Shown one piece after another: positions 32,251-41,634 of a DNA stretch of 64,000 nt (its first letter is position 1; every line of letters starts with the position of its first letter). The notes beneath the pieces were generated by a model. The model ran no database searches and was not told the DNA's origin. It saw nothing but the letters and a program-made list of their open reading frames with translations. A program made the translations under genes and the position numbers. Source of the stretch: a virus. The stretch covers positions 1 to 64,000 of IMG/VR virus record IMGVR_UViG_3300002520_000024; one strand, written 5' to 3'.

Positions 32251-32704
32251 GTTCAAGGAAATGCTGGCGCTGCTTTTTCAGACCTGGCCGCTCAGCGAGT
32301 ACATCATCTGCGTGGCGTGGTTCACCTTGGTGGTGCTGATTGTGGCGCCGGCACGGTACAACCACCGGATCCGCGGCATAGTCCAGGGTGGTGCCTTCAA
32401 CAAACTCAGCATCACCGGCGACATGCTGCAGGAGATTGCGAAACACCGCCCAGCGATGCTTTGGCTGACCTGGGGGAGCGTCCTGCAGCTGGCGGTGGTT
32501 GGCATCGTGTACCAGGTTGTTGGGTGGCTAAACCCGAACCTCCCCATGCTGCTGATGCACGCCTGCTGGCTGGGGCTGGCTGTGTTCGAGCTGATCTGGG
32601 GCACTGAGCCACCGTCCAAATGGGCCAAGATTTACACCGGGGTCGTTATCCTTTACCTAGCGAACGGCGAAGCACTTATCAAACTGTTTGGAGTTGACCA
32701 ATGA
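32237..32704 (+). CDS. membrane protein (about 4 TM)
   Basis: 155-aa ORF with hydrophobic helices. Confidence 0.6.
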   Translation: MASTEFKEMLALLFQTWPLSEYIICVAWFTLVVLIVAPARYNHRIRGIVQGGAFNKLSITGDMLQEIAKHRPAMLWLTWGSVLQLAVVGIVYQVVGWLNPNLPMLLMHACWLGLAVFELIWGTEPPSKWAKIYTGVVILYLANGEALIKLFGVDQ

Positions 32705-33084
32705 GCGAACGTGTGAAAAACCTGCTGGAGGCAATGCTTGCCTGCACTGACGCACCCGAGCGTGACAGCGCCGGTTACTACACCAACCCGGCATTTTACG
32801 ACTACCTGGACAACCGCGAGCCGACCCTGGACCAGGTGATTGCCGAACTGGCCCAGGTAGACGGCGAAGTCTACACCCAGATGATGCAGGACGACGAGGA
32901 TGTCGAGATTCCGGAGATCGATTTCTCCTTCTACGACGAAGCTGTCAAAACCTGGCAGCCGAAGCCGCCGCCTATCGGTGAAGGCTGGGTACTGGTGTCG
33001 ATCCATGACACCGAGAGCGACGGCCCTATGGCCTTGTGGGTTAGCCGCAAGCGTGACAATTACAAGCTGAACGGGGGTTGGTGA
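32701..33084 (+). CDS. hypothetical acidic protein
   Basis: 127-aa ORF. ATGA overlap. Confidence 0.6.
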   Translation: MSERVKNLLEAMLACTDAPERDSAGYYTNPAFYDYLDNREPTLDQVIAELAQVDGEVYTQMMQDDEDVEIPEIDFSFYDEAVKTWQPKPPPIGEGWVLVSIHDTESDGPMALWVSRKRDNYKLNGGW

Positions 33085-33614
33085 TGTCTATCGTCGATCA
33101 TGGGATTGGCCGGGAATATGGCGGCCTTCGTTACCCTGCCCTGGCCACTGCCGGCAAGGTGTTCATCGTAGCTCTCGGGGCACCTGGCAAGATTGCCTAC
33201 GTGGACACCGGCCCTGCGGAGGCCGGCCCATCGCACATTTCCGTGTTTATCCCTGACACAGAGCAGCCGACAGGGCGGTGGCTTGACCTCCAGGAGGACC
33301 AGGTATATGTCAGCGTGGAGGCGGCGCTGCGTGCTGCTCAGGCTCAGGTGCAAAGCCTGTACCTCGAAGCTGAGCGGATCCTGGCCAGCCAGAAGCGGAC
33401 ACGGGCAGAACTGGAAGATCGCCTAGCCACCCTCGATAAGGAGATCAACGCACAGGACGTGGTTTGTGGTGGCCTCACCGAGCAGATAAAAAATATCGGG
33501 CTGGACGTGGCGCTGTATCGGCAGGCTGTGGAGCAAGCCAGCTGCAATGGCGAGAAGCCATGGCCACCTGGCCTGGTGACTGAAGCCGCCGGTGACGGCG
33601 TAGAGCTGGCATAA
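33084..33614 (+). CDS. hypothetical protein with coiled coil
   Basis: ATG 33084 overlaps the upstream stop. Confidence 0.6.
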   Translation: MSIVDHGIGREYGGLRYPALATAGKVFIVALGAPGKIAYVDTGPAEAGPSHISVFIPDTEQPTGRWLDLQEDQVYVSVEAALRAAQAQVQSLYLEAERILASQKRTRAELEDRLATLDKEINAQDVVCGGLTEQIKNIGLDVALYRQAVEQASCNGEKPWPPGLVTEAAGDGVELA

Positions 33615-33629
33615 CTGCAGGAGGTTGCC

Positions 33630-33830
33630 ATGAGCATAGGCGTTATCATCTTCTGCCCGGGGTGCAAGTTTGCCTGCTTTCCGCTGAAGGCAGAGCGTGT
33701 GCACGAAGGGCAGCACACCTGCCGCGGGTGCGGTGCCGTGGCTACCTTCCTGGAGGTGCGGCGCATCTACCCTAAACCAGAAGCTGTGCGTTTTGATATA
33801 GTGTGGGAGCTGCCACCACCGCTTGACTAG
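33630..33830 (+). CDS. zinc-ribbon protein
   Basis: CPGC...CRGC. RBS GGAGG. Confidence 0.55.
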   Translation: MSIGVIIFCPGCKFACFPLKAERVHEGQHTCRGCGAVATFLEVRRIYPKPEAVRFDIVWELPPPLD

Positions 33831-33891
33831 AGTTTAGCGTGCTGGTCAGTATGGTGGCTATGATAGCAACTTAACAACGAGGATTCACATT

Positions 33892-34236
33892 ATGAGTAAT
33901 TATCAACAGGTAGGGCCTACCGTGGTACCATTCACCTCTGATGGTGAGTTTATCACCATCCCTGTGCAAAAGGAGTACCCACATAACTTCATCGGGGTGG
34001 TATTTTGCAACGCTGCTGGTGAGTTGGTAGCGGCTCCTGCCGGGTTGAAGGCTAAGGTGTCCGGGGAGACGGTAAACACCCCTGGGTTTTACCAGGATCT
34101 GGCAATTAACACGATTGATCTTACAGCCCCGGTAACGCTGTCTGCTGAGGCCAATCTGGTTAAGCTGCGGATTCAAACACAAGGCGTTACTGCGCCAGGG
34201 CACCTGAAGATTTTGGTTACCCAGAATCTTGCATAA
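33892..34236 (+). CDS. hypothetical protein (possibly virion-associated)
   Basis: 114-aa ORF, beta-rich composition. Confidence 0.55.
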   Translation: MSNYQQVGPTVVPFTSDGEFITIPVQKEYPHNFIGVVFCNAAGELVAAPAGLKAKVSGETVNTPGFYQDLAINTIDLTAPVTLSAEANLVKLRIQTQGVTAPGHLKILVTQNLA

Positions 34237-34312
34237 CTGTGGCGCCGGTCACAACACGGTACACACGGACGTGATACCTTCTACCTATCGAAATGCCAAC
34301 GGGAAAGCCATC

Positions 34313-34957
34313 ATGTCAATCAACTACACCAAGCCGCCAATTCCACCACACTTCTACTTTGACAGCCTGGGATCCCATCCAAGGATGCACCACATTGACA
34401 CAGTTAAGGCCCTCAAGATTGCTGAAATCTACGGCATGGGCGCATTGCGCCGGGCCATGATGCGCGACTTGATGGGGTACCACCCGTTGCAGCTGCGAAC
34501 CTCAGTGGTGGAGATCCACCGCACCATTCATGGCAACACCGACAACATCCACAAGATTGTTGGCGAGATCCCCTTCGCGTTCCCGCCGCACTTCTGCCTA
34601 CCAGACCACAAGCCCACGCTGCTGAAGTGGGTTGCACCGAAACCGTCAGAGGGTCGGCAGGTTATCGGTGGCGCTCGACCAGGAAAGAACTCGCATTTTC
34701 TAATGTCTGCCTTGTACCAGCGCGGCCTCAACTATGAGGATCTGGAAAAGCGGGCCACCGCGCTCAGCACAAAGTTTGACCGCAGGATCGGTGACCGCGG
34801 GTTGTATGATGCCATGGATTTGGTGTTGTCCGACGAAAAACACATTTACCCTGGCACAGTTACGGGTAGAATCTCTATGAAACACTCCAACTTTGAATGC
34901 CCTGCCTGGGGCTCAGATTTACCCACGCAAGAGGAGGTGATCCACCCTAAGCCCTAA
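34313..34957 (+). CDS. hypothetical protein
   Basis: ATG 34313 within ORF 34229..34957. Confidence 0.55.
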   Translation: MSINYTKPPIPPHFYFDSLGSHPRMHHIDTVKALKIAEIYGMGALRRAMMRDLMGYHPLQLRTSVVEIHRTIHGNTDNIHKIVGEIPFAFPPHFCLPDHKPTLLKWVAPKPSEGRQVIGGARPGKNSHFLMSALYQRGLNYEDLEKRATALSTKFDRRIGDRGLYDAMDLVLSDEKHIYPGTVTGRISMKHSNFECPAWGSDLPTQEEVIHPKP

Positions 34958-35057
34958 AACCAGGTGCGCCTGGTTTAGTAAAGAGGTCGGGACTATCTCC
35001 GCACGGCCGGCAGCCGCCTGGTAGCTCTACCGTGAAGGTAGGTAAGCCAACTTTTCT

Positions 35058-35082
35058 AGGCCCTACCAAGGGCCTTCTTTTT
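35058..35082 (+). terminator. rho-independent terminator
   Basis: AGGCCCT-acca-AGGGCCT followed by TCTTTTT. Confidence 0.7.
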
Positions 35083-35115
35083 ACGACAAAGTTCTGATGC
35101 CTCCTGGAGGTTTCT

Positions 35116-35859
35116 ATGTTATCCCCAGCCTATGGGCGTAAAGTTGAACAGCCGACCCAAACTATAGCGCCACCGGTAGTAAGGCCTACACCATTGGTGC
35201 GTTACCGGCCAACTGATGTCGTGGCTGGTAGAATCGTGCGGTGCAGCGGGCTGCTAACTGCGCACCCTGCTGCGGCAATGGATACCACCAAGTTGGAGGT
35301 TAGATCTGAGGGGCCTGGACCTGGCTTGCCAAAGTGCTGGCACAGCAAGTCAACTACCTCCATCACGCTACCATCCATAACAGGTTCGGTGTGGTCGCCG
35401 TCAAGACAAAACAACACGTTGTCCTTATCTCTATGGTTCCGCACGAACATGGTAAACCCCGGGGCTGCGCATTGCGGTTTTGCTGGGCAAGGCGCGTCTG
35501 GTAAATCATGGTATGTTCGGGTTGACAAGGATTCTGGTAAACTGTGCATAGGCCAAACCACGTCGGCCGGCGTAGATGCTAGGCTCTATACCTCGGCTGG
35601 TAAAATGAACGACAACGTGTGGCGACATCTATACGTTTACATGGCAGATAATCGGCTTGAGGTTTATATCAACGCAGAGCTGGTGCACACTGATACCGCC
35701 ACCATAAGCACCTGGAACAAGACCAGTACAGCAGCCGTTGGTTGCGGTGGGGTACCGAGCGACTATGGGATGACCAATGGGCAGCTTGGCGCCATTGAGT
35801 TGTTTTTTGCCAAGCTGACGCAGGCAGAGGTAAGCCTTCTATACGACGAACGGTTGTGA
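35116..35859 (+). CDS. LamG/concanavalin-A-like lectin domain protein (fibre or receptor-binding candidate)
   Basis: C-terminal pattern WRHLYVYMADNRLEVYINAELV...GAIELFFAKLTQAEVSLLY is typical of Laminin_G_3-type domains. RBS GGAGG. Confidence 0.55.
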   Translation: MLSPAYGRKVEQPTQTIAPPVVRPTPLVRYRPTDVVAGRIVRCSGLLTAHPAAAMDTTKLEVRSEGPGPGLPKCWHSKSTTSITLPSITGSVWSPSRQNNTLSLSLWFRTNMVNPGAAHCGFAGQGASGKSWYVRVDKDSGKLCIGQTTSAGVDARLYTSAGKMNDNVWRHLYVYMADNRLEVYINAELVHTDTATISTWNKTSTAAVGCGGVPSDYGMTNGQLGAIELFFAKLTQAEVSLLYDERL

Positions 35860-35884
35860 CACTTTCACTTAGAGGTAACAAGCT

Positions 35885-36253
35885 ATGATTAACCCGGCAT
35901 ACAGTGGATCTCAATCGGGCGGTTCTTCCGGAGCAGGCGGGGCGGTGCCCAAGGTTGGCGATATTGTCACCACGTTTGCAACTGAATTGGTTGCAGGGGG
36001 CGCCACCGCGAAGCTGACGCCACTGGCGGCACTGGCTAACACTATTGTAGCAAAGAACGTCAACGAAGCTCTCTACGACGTGATCCCTTACCCCAGCACC
36101 ATGCTCGTACCTTCTGCTGTTGGTGGGGGCGCGGTGGATGTCACCGTGGGACTGGAAACATTCCAGGTGGTAGACACCTACGGGTCGATGGCGCCGGCCT
36201 ATCTAAACAAATTAACCAGCAAGGCTGGTAAATGCGTTCTGGTTGGCGACTAG
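35885..36253 (+). CDS. hypothetical Gly/Ala-rich protein (fibre-associated?)
   Basis: 122-aa ORF. RBS AGAGG. Confidence 0.55.
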   Translation: MINPAYSGSQSGGSSGAGGAVPKVGDIVTTFATELVAGGATAKLTPLAALANTIVAKNVNEALYDVIPYPSTMLVPSAVGGGAVDVTVGLETFQVVDTYGSMAPAYLNKLTSKAGKCVLVGD

Positions 36254-36259
36254 ATCAGA

Positions 36260-37354
36260 TTGACCCCGGATGCAAGCATGGCTGCTGTTGCTTGCGTTGA
36301 TTTTGCCAGAACTGGTGCGGTGATGACTTGCACCAATGATAGCTCCTGGCCAAGAAAAACTTTTGGCTTCACTTCAGGGAATAACGTTGCAGGTGAGGAT
36401 ATGGTGTTTTCCTTAACCGTACCAGCTGACCCATCAGGTGGGGTGGTGTCCACTGTGATAGCCACCAACGGTGGTGTTGGTGACGACCCTACCTCAGTGG
36501 AGATCCTCCTTGGTTGGTATTGCAGTAACGGATCTAAAGTGGCGTGGCTTGCACGCGACAGATTCTCAAAAAACTTGATACTGCACTACAGGGATACTGC
36601 CAACGGGGCAATGCGCCGGATTCTCCTTCTGGATGTTATCCCTTGGTCGGCAGTTAATGAAGTCACAAATGGGCATACTTCGCTGGCCATGGCAATGAGC
36701 ACTGACAGTGTTTATATCGTGGTTATTGGTTACGGGTTGATTCGCCTGCGCATTTCATACCTTCTTGGGTTTTCCGCGACTGATATCGTGGCTGCGCCAG
36801 CAGGTGACCCAGAGTTCAACCCAGTGACATTACCGTTCCTTGGTAACTACACTGGCGAGGGCTCAACACCACCACCGTCGATTTTCGGGATGGGTATTGA
36901 CGGGTATACCAATGAGCTGATGATCGTAACAGCTGCTGGCTTCCACCGCTGTCGGGTTTGGGATTATGCTCAACCGTCGAAATATGCAACAGCCCCGTAC
37001 CCCGACCTGGAGCTGTTGTTGCCTTGGGGTGCTACGCCTAAGTGGATCACCTCACGCGGTTGTGTGATTGCCTTGCAGGATCGGGTGCTTTACGCGGCAT
37101 ACCCTCTCAAACCTGACGAGGCCCCCATAATTTCCGAGATTTTCCCTGCGGGGTTTTCTGCTCTGCAAGGGATCTGCGTCTCCAGGACTTATGGATCAGA
37201 TCCATGGGAGGGGGTGCTTGGCTACGCCAAAGTTACCGGTGGGGACTATGGCTTATTTGCTGTTGGGTATTTGGGGGGTAATACCAAACCGTTCCCAGTA
37301 GTAACTGGGCTGCAGCCGTTCGACAAGATTGTTACCAGCGTATCAACGCAATAA
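36260..37354 (+). CDS. hypothetical protein (364 aa, structural candidate)
   Basis: Long ORF. Start uncertain: TTG 36260 or ATG 36278. Confidence 0.6.
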   Translation: MTPDASMAAVACVDFARTGAVMTCTNDSSWPRKTFGFTSGNNVAGEDMVFSLTVPADPSGGVVSTVIATNGGVGDDPTSVEILLGWYCSNGSKVAWLARDRFSKNLILHYRDTANGAMRRILLLDVIPWSAVNEVTNGHTSLAMAMSTDSVYIVVIGYGLIRLRISYLLGFSATDIVAAPAGDPEFNPVTLPFLGNYTGEGSTPPPSIFGMGIDGYTNELMIVTAAGFHRCRVWDYAQPSKYATAPYPDLELLLPWGATPKWITSRGCVIALQDRVLYAAYPLKPDEAPIISEIFPAGFSALQGICVSRTYGSDPWEGVLGYAKVTGGDYGLFAVGYLGGNTKPFPVVTGLQPFDKIVTSVSTQ

Positions 37355-37398
37355 CCATGTAAAATGTACTAAGGTAGGACCTTTATGAAAATACAACC

Positions 37399-38220
37399 GT
37401 GGCCTGCGGTGCCCAGCGCCTCCACCTGATACCGCCGAAAGACCAACAGGGTGACCCCGCAGCATGGGACGCTTTTCATCAGGCTTGCGACGGCGATACG
37501 CCTATCCAGGACGTGATTGACATGCTGCAGGCGTTAACCCACAAATACCGGCTGTGCTGGGTAACCTACCGCGGCGAGAGTACCCGGCAGAAGACCGTAG
37601 ACTTTCTGGTTGCGCAAGGGTTTGACGTCCCGCAGGAGCAGGATCTGATCATGCGCCAGGACGCGCACGGCCCGAACGCTGGCTTCTTCAAGCTGGACGC
37701 TATCAAGGCGTGGGAGAACGCCACCGGCTGCAAGATTGCGTTCGCTATTGAAGACTCGGCCGACGTTATCGATGTGCTCCGGCAGCACAACATCCCCACC
37801 TATCAGGTGCGGGACTGGAAAAAGCCGATGCCGTGCGAGGCAGTGGAGCTGCCGCAGATGGTGAAAGAGACCGTGAAGGTTTTCCATGACAAGCAGGATC
37901 GCCGCGTGCCGGTGCGCACTGCTCAACACATCGGGGTGCAGCTGAGAATCCCACTGGATGGCCAGGATTACGCCCTGGTGCTCAGCGACGATGTGGTCGG
38001 GCCGTTTGATCTGCGGTTGGATGGGCCAGGCCAGCTTCTGCGCTTCGAGTCTGCACTGGAGCGCAAGGTTGGTGGTGTGAAAATGGTCCACCCTCACCTG
38101 GCCGCCCAGCTGTCGGCCAGCCCTGAGAATCTGATCGCAATAGGGGTGCTGCACGTGGAGGGCCTGCCGGGTAGCCTCTACGATGTGATGACGCCAAAGG
38201 ATATCGTGGTTTACGTTTAA
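37399..38220 (+). CDS. HAD-phosphatase-like protein lacking the DxDxT nucleophile motif, with an extra C-terminal domain
   Basis: Paralogous to 51497..52078 (RLHLIP.., WVTYRGESTRQKT, FAIEDSADVIDVLRQ). Starts at a GTG with no RBS. An out-of-frame ATG at 37385 has a strong RBS. Confidence 0.5.
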   Translation: MACGAQRLHLIPPKDQQGDPAAWDAFHQACDGDTPIQDVIDMLQALTHKYRLCWVTYRGESTRQKTVDFLVAQGFDVPQEQDLIMRQDAHGPNAGFFKLDAIKAWENATGCKIAFAIEDSADVIDVLRQHNIPTYQVRDWKKPMPCEAVELPQMVKETVKVFHDKQDRRVPVRTAQHIGVQLRIPLDGQDYALVLSDDVVGPFDLRLDGPGQLLRFESALERKVGGVKMVHPHLAAQLSASPENLIAIGVLHVEGLPGSLYDVMTPKDIVVYV

Positions 38221-38241
38221 CCGGCAGCAGCTGGTTTCTAA

Positions 38242-38267
38242 GGGGCTTCGGCCCCTTTTCTTTTTTT
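38242..38267 (+). terminator. rho-independent terminator
   Basis: GGGGC-ttcg-GCCCC followed by TTTTCTTTTTTT. Confidence 0.8.
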
Positions 38268-38308
38268 GTGACCAACGGCACAGACACCACACCGCAATGG
38301 TGCTAATT
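38266..38308 (+). promoter_or_regulatory. class-II-type promoter with CRP-like dyad
   Basis: Dyad TGTGACCAACGGCACA at 38266-38281. -10 TAATTT at 38303-38308, 29 nt from the centre. Confidence 0.55.
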
Positions 38309-38334
38309 TTCTGGCATCACAAACAGGAGGTCAC

Positions 38335-38811
38335 ATGGGACGAAGAGTTGGTAATGCCAAGCAGCCTTGTGAGTTGCTGGCCGAGTTTCTGGTTGGTCGT
38401 GGGAAGGTGACCTGTGCTGATCTGGTTGCTCTTGGGGCGCACGAGACCTGCGGGTACACCAGCAGAAAGAACAACATCACGCAAGCCCTTCGTGTCGGGC
38501 TCTCGCTGCTGGTGGCTGAGCGGGTCGTGCTCTCTGCAAACGACGGTGTTGCTGAGCAGCCTGTGGCCGACACCAGCAACCTGTGGCGGCGCAAGTGCAT
38601 GACCTACCAGCTCAACCCTGCACTGGCCGGCTACACCGATGGCCGCCTGATGCGCGAGGCAATGGCAGCCGGGCTGGTGACCAAGGCGGATACGCAGGCC
38701 GATAACAAAAAGGCCCCTGCCGGGTGGAGCCAGATGTTCAAGGTGGCCATGACCAGCAAGGACGCAGACCTGGCCAGGATTGGTAAGCATTACGCCGTGG
38801 AAAACGATTGA
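38335..38811 (+). CDS. hypothetical protein (possible winged-helix)
   Basis: 158-aa ORF. RBS AGGAGG. Confidence 0.6.
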   Translation: MGRRVGNAKQPCELLAEFLVGRGKVTCADLVALGAHETCGYTSRKNNITQALRVGLSLLVAERVVLSANDGVAEQPVADTSNLWRRKCMTYQLNPALAGYTDGRLMREAMAAGLVTKADTQADNKKAPAGWSQMFKVAMTSKDADLARIGKHYAVEND

Positions 38812-38880
38812 GTACCATTCTAGTCTTGATCAGGGTAACCTACGGATCGTCAGCAATACTGCGGCCTCCGGAGGTGTGCA

Positions 38881-40032
38881 ATGGGTTCCCCGAACAAGAT
38901 TGACGACGAGCAGTTCAAGCAGCTGCTGATGGAAAAGAAAACCATGGCGGAGATCGCCAAGATCTTTGGTTGCTCAGAGCGGCGCCTCTATATCAGAAAG
39001 TCGCACCTCACTCGATCTGGGTGGGCGCCGGAGCATGGCCTGACCACCCAGTATGACCTCGGGTTCATGCTGGGGAAGGTGACCATCCAGCGCGATGCCG
39101 AGGGTAACGTTGAGCGTACCTGGGAACGGATGGTGCAGGACAACGACAAGTTCAGCCAGTTGCTTGCCGAGAGCATGCAGGCCATGGTTGAGGACTTGCC
39201 CAGGTTCAAGCCGGTTCCGGCCACCCTTGGGGCTGCAGCTGACCTGATGACGGTGATCCCGCTGGGTGACCCGCATATCGGCATGCTCTCGTGGGGCGAG
39301 GAAACGGGGCAGGACTGGGATCTGAAGATTGCAGAGCGGTATTTCTGCAAGGCATTTTCAGAGATCGTGATGTCGGCGCCGCGTTCAAAGGAGTGCGTCA
39401 TCCTCAACCTTGGGGACTTCTTCCACTCTGACAACATGGAAGGCCTCACATCCAGATCCAAGCACGCGCTCGATATGGACAGCCGCTACGGCAAGATGAT
39501 CCGGGTTGGGGTGAAGATTATCCGCCAGATGATTGAGTCTGGTTTGCGGCACCATGACGTGGTTCGCGTGGTGAACTGCATTGGCAACCATGATGACATC
39601 GGCAGCCAGTGGCTAAACGTCCTGCTGCACCATGCCTATGAGAACGAGCCTCGGGTGATCATTGACCGCACCGTTGGCCCGTTCAACTACGTGGTGTGGG
39701 GCGACGTGTTGTGGGGTGCACACCACGGGCACAGCTGCAAGGCCAGCCAGCTCGCCGGCGCGATGGCTTGCGATATGGCGAAGGAGTGGGGCAAGGCCAA
39801 GTGGCGCTACTGGTACACCGGCCACATCCACAACGACTCAGCCAAGGAGTTTCCGGGGGTGAAGTGGGAGAGCTTCCGAACCCTCGCAGCCAAGGACGCC
39901 TATGCCACCTGGGGTGGGTACCGAGCTGGGCAGGACATCAAGGCTATCGTTCTCCACCGGAAGCGCGGCGAGATTGCGCGGTTCCAGTTCAACATCCAAC
40001 ACCTCAAAGAGGCGACGGGGTATTACCTATGA
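38881..40032 (+). CDS. calcineurin-like metallophosphoesterase with N-terminal HTH
   Basis: Motifs GDPHIG, LGDFFHSD, GNHD, HHGH and GHIH. N-terminal MAEIAKIFGCSERRLYIRK is HTH-like. Confidence 0.75.
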   Translation: MGSPNKIDDEQFKQLLMEKKTMAEIAKIFGCSERRLYIRKSHLTRSGWAPEHGLTTQYDLGFMLGKVTIQRDAEGNVERTWERMVQDNDKFSQLLAESMQAMVEDLPRFKPVPATLGAAADLMTVIPLGDPHIGMLSWGEETGQDWDLKIAERYFCKAFSEIVMSAPRSKECVILNLGDFFHSDNMEGLTSRSKHALDMDSRYGKMIRVGVKIIRQMIESGLRHHDVVRVVNCIGNHDDIGSQWLNVLLHHAYENEPRVIIDRTVGPFNYVVWGDVLWGAHHGHSCKASQLAGAMACDMAKEWGKAKWRYWYTGHIHNDSAKEFPGVKWESFRTLAAKDAYATWGGYRAGQDIKAIVLHRKRGEIARFQFNIQHLKEATGYYL

Positions 40033-40523
40033 GAATCCTGATTCTTGGCCACGGGGAGCACGGCAAGGACGCTGCTGCAGAAATCCTCACCAAGCTGACC
40101 GGCCTGCCGGCCATCGCCAGCTCGCGCTTTGCCTGCCAGCATTTCCTTCGCAAAAAGCTGGAAACCTACGGGCTGCATTACCCCAGCCTGGAGGCCTGCT
40201 ACGAAGACCGCCGAAATCACCGTGAGCTGTGGAAGGCCTTGATCTGCAGTTACGTGCGGGAGGATAAGACCCGTCTGGCCGTAGAGCTGACCGCAGAGTA
40301 CCCCATCTATGTCGGGATGCGTGACATTGAGGAGTTTGATGCCACGGAGGATCTGTTTGATCACATCCTCTACGTGGTGGCGCCTCAGCGGGTACCACGG
40401 GTAGACCCCACCATGGAAATACCGGTGGAGCGGGCTTCCATCATCATTGACAACAACGGCACACTGGCTGACCTGGAGGAGCTGCTTGGGCGCTTTGTCC
40501 GAGATTTCGACCTGGCCAAATAA
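40029..40523 (+). CDS. putative nucleotide kinase-like protein (degenerate P-loop)
   Basis: ATGA overlap. N-terminus MRILILGHGEHGKD resembles phage dNMP-kinase-type P-loops. Confidence 0.35.
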   Translation: MRILILGHGEHGKDAAAEILTKLTGLPAIASSRFACQHFLRKKLETYGLHYPSLEACYEDRRNHRELWKALICSYVREDKTRLAVELTAEYPIYVGMRDIEEFDATEDLFDHILYVVAPQRVPRVDPTMEIPVERASIIIDNNGTLADLEELLGRFVRDFDLAK

Positions 40524-40535
40524 GGTTTCCTCTTT

Positions 40536-41204
40536 GTGATCGAGCCCCCAGTTTCGGGGGCTTTTTTATTGATCAGTTTTTTCAACAACAAGCAGCGTTT
40601 CCCCAAGGTGGCTGCGGTTCTCCTGCACAACGAGCTGGCGCCGACCACTCGAAGTGACCAGGACTACCTCCGCTGGGCCTTGACCACACTGCCGAATGGT
40701 TGCCTTGATGGGCGTAACCCGCTCTACGTGATAAGCGGTGAGTTCCTGAGCGGTAGCAATCGCATGGCAATCTGCAACGCCATGGAGACCCTGGGGTACC
40801 GCCGCGCCAAGCAGCTCAATCGGAATGTGCGCGTGGTCATCTACAGCTCCAGCCCCACTGCAGAGTTGGGTAACAAGCTGGACGAGGCCGCCGAGATGCA
40901 AATCCCAATCCAGATGAATGAGGCGGCTGCCTGCGCAGTGCTCGGGGTGCCCTTCTCTGCCCCAGCCAAGCCGGTGGCCCAGGACCATGGGCGCAAGCGT
41001 GGTAAGAGCAGCCGGGCTGCCATGGGTTACCTTCTGGAAGCCTGGTGCAATGAGGGTCGCGTGGTTCACATCACTGATCACTTCCCCACCCCTGCTGCTG
41101 ACCGGATGTGTGCTGGCATCGTCCAGGACATGATCTCCACCCTCAACCTCAAGGGGTTCGTGGTCGACAGCATAGCGAAAACGGTGGTGTTCAATGGCTA
41201 CTAA
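40536..41204 (+). CDS. hypothetical protein, start uncertain
   Basis: The ORF-track start lies inside the terminator. The true start is probably downstream: TTG 40569, GTG 40608 or ATG 40764. Confidence 0.45.
   Translation: MIEPPVSGAFLLISFFNNKQRFPKVAAVLLHNELAPTTRSDQDYLRWALTTLPNGCLDGRNPLYVISGEFLSGSNRMAICNAMETLGYRRAKQLNRNVRVVIYSSSPTAELGNKLDEAAEMQIPIQMNEAAACAVLGVPFSAPAKPVAQDHGRKRGKSSRAAMGYLLEAWCNEGRVVHITDHFPTPAADRMCAGIVQDMISTLNLKGFVVDSIAKTVVFNGY
40543..40567 (+). terminator. rho-independent terminator
   Basis: AGCCCCC-agtttc-GGGGGCT followed by T6. Confidence 0.75.
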
Positions 41205-41622
41205 ACTGGCTGTCGGGGATCGAGTGTTCATCCAACCCGATCACCGTAGTGACATGAAGGGTTGTATCGGCACGGTAGTACGATCTGCTGCTGGGTCCAC
41301 AGAGGAGATGCCAGCCTGGGCGCTCGCCATCCCCGCCAAGGGGCTTGACGCGTTCATCGTGTTTGAGAAGTACCTGGTGCCTGTCCCGTTCCTCGACAAT
41401 GGCGACCCGGCCTACAGCATTATCGGGGCAAATAGCCCGTTCGTGATGAAGGTGCGCACGCATGCTGGCAGCCCGCGGCACATCACCAGTATCAAGAAGA
41501 TGACGGTGCTGGCGGTGTGCCCGCACCAGAGCGATTACCGGCGCGACACCATCCTCGTGAAAGCCTGGGGATGGCACAGCGACCTTGAGTTCCAACGCTG
41601 GGAACTTGAACCAGCAAACTGA
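41194..41622 (+). CDS. hypothetical protein
   Basis: 142-aa ORF. Confidence 0.6.
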   Translation: MATKLAVGDRVFIQPDHRSDMKGCIGTVVRSAAGSTEEMPAWALAIPAKGLDAFIVFEKYLVPVPFLDNGDPAYSIIGANSPFVMKVRTHAGSPRHITSIKKMTVLAVCPHQSDYRRDTILVKAWGWHSDLEFQRWELEPAN

Positions 41623-41634
41623 GACGGAGAAACC

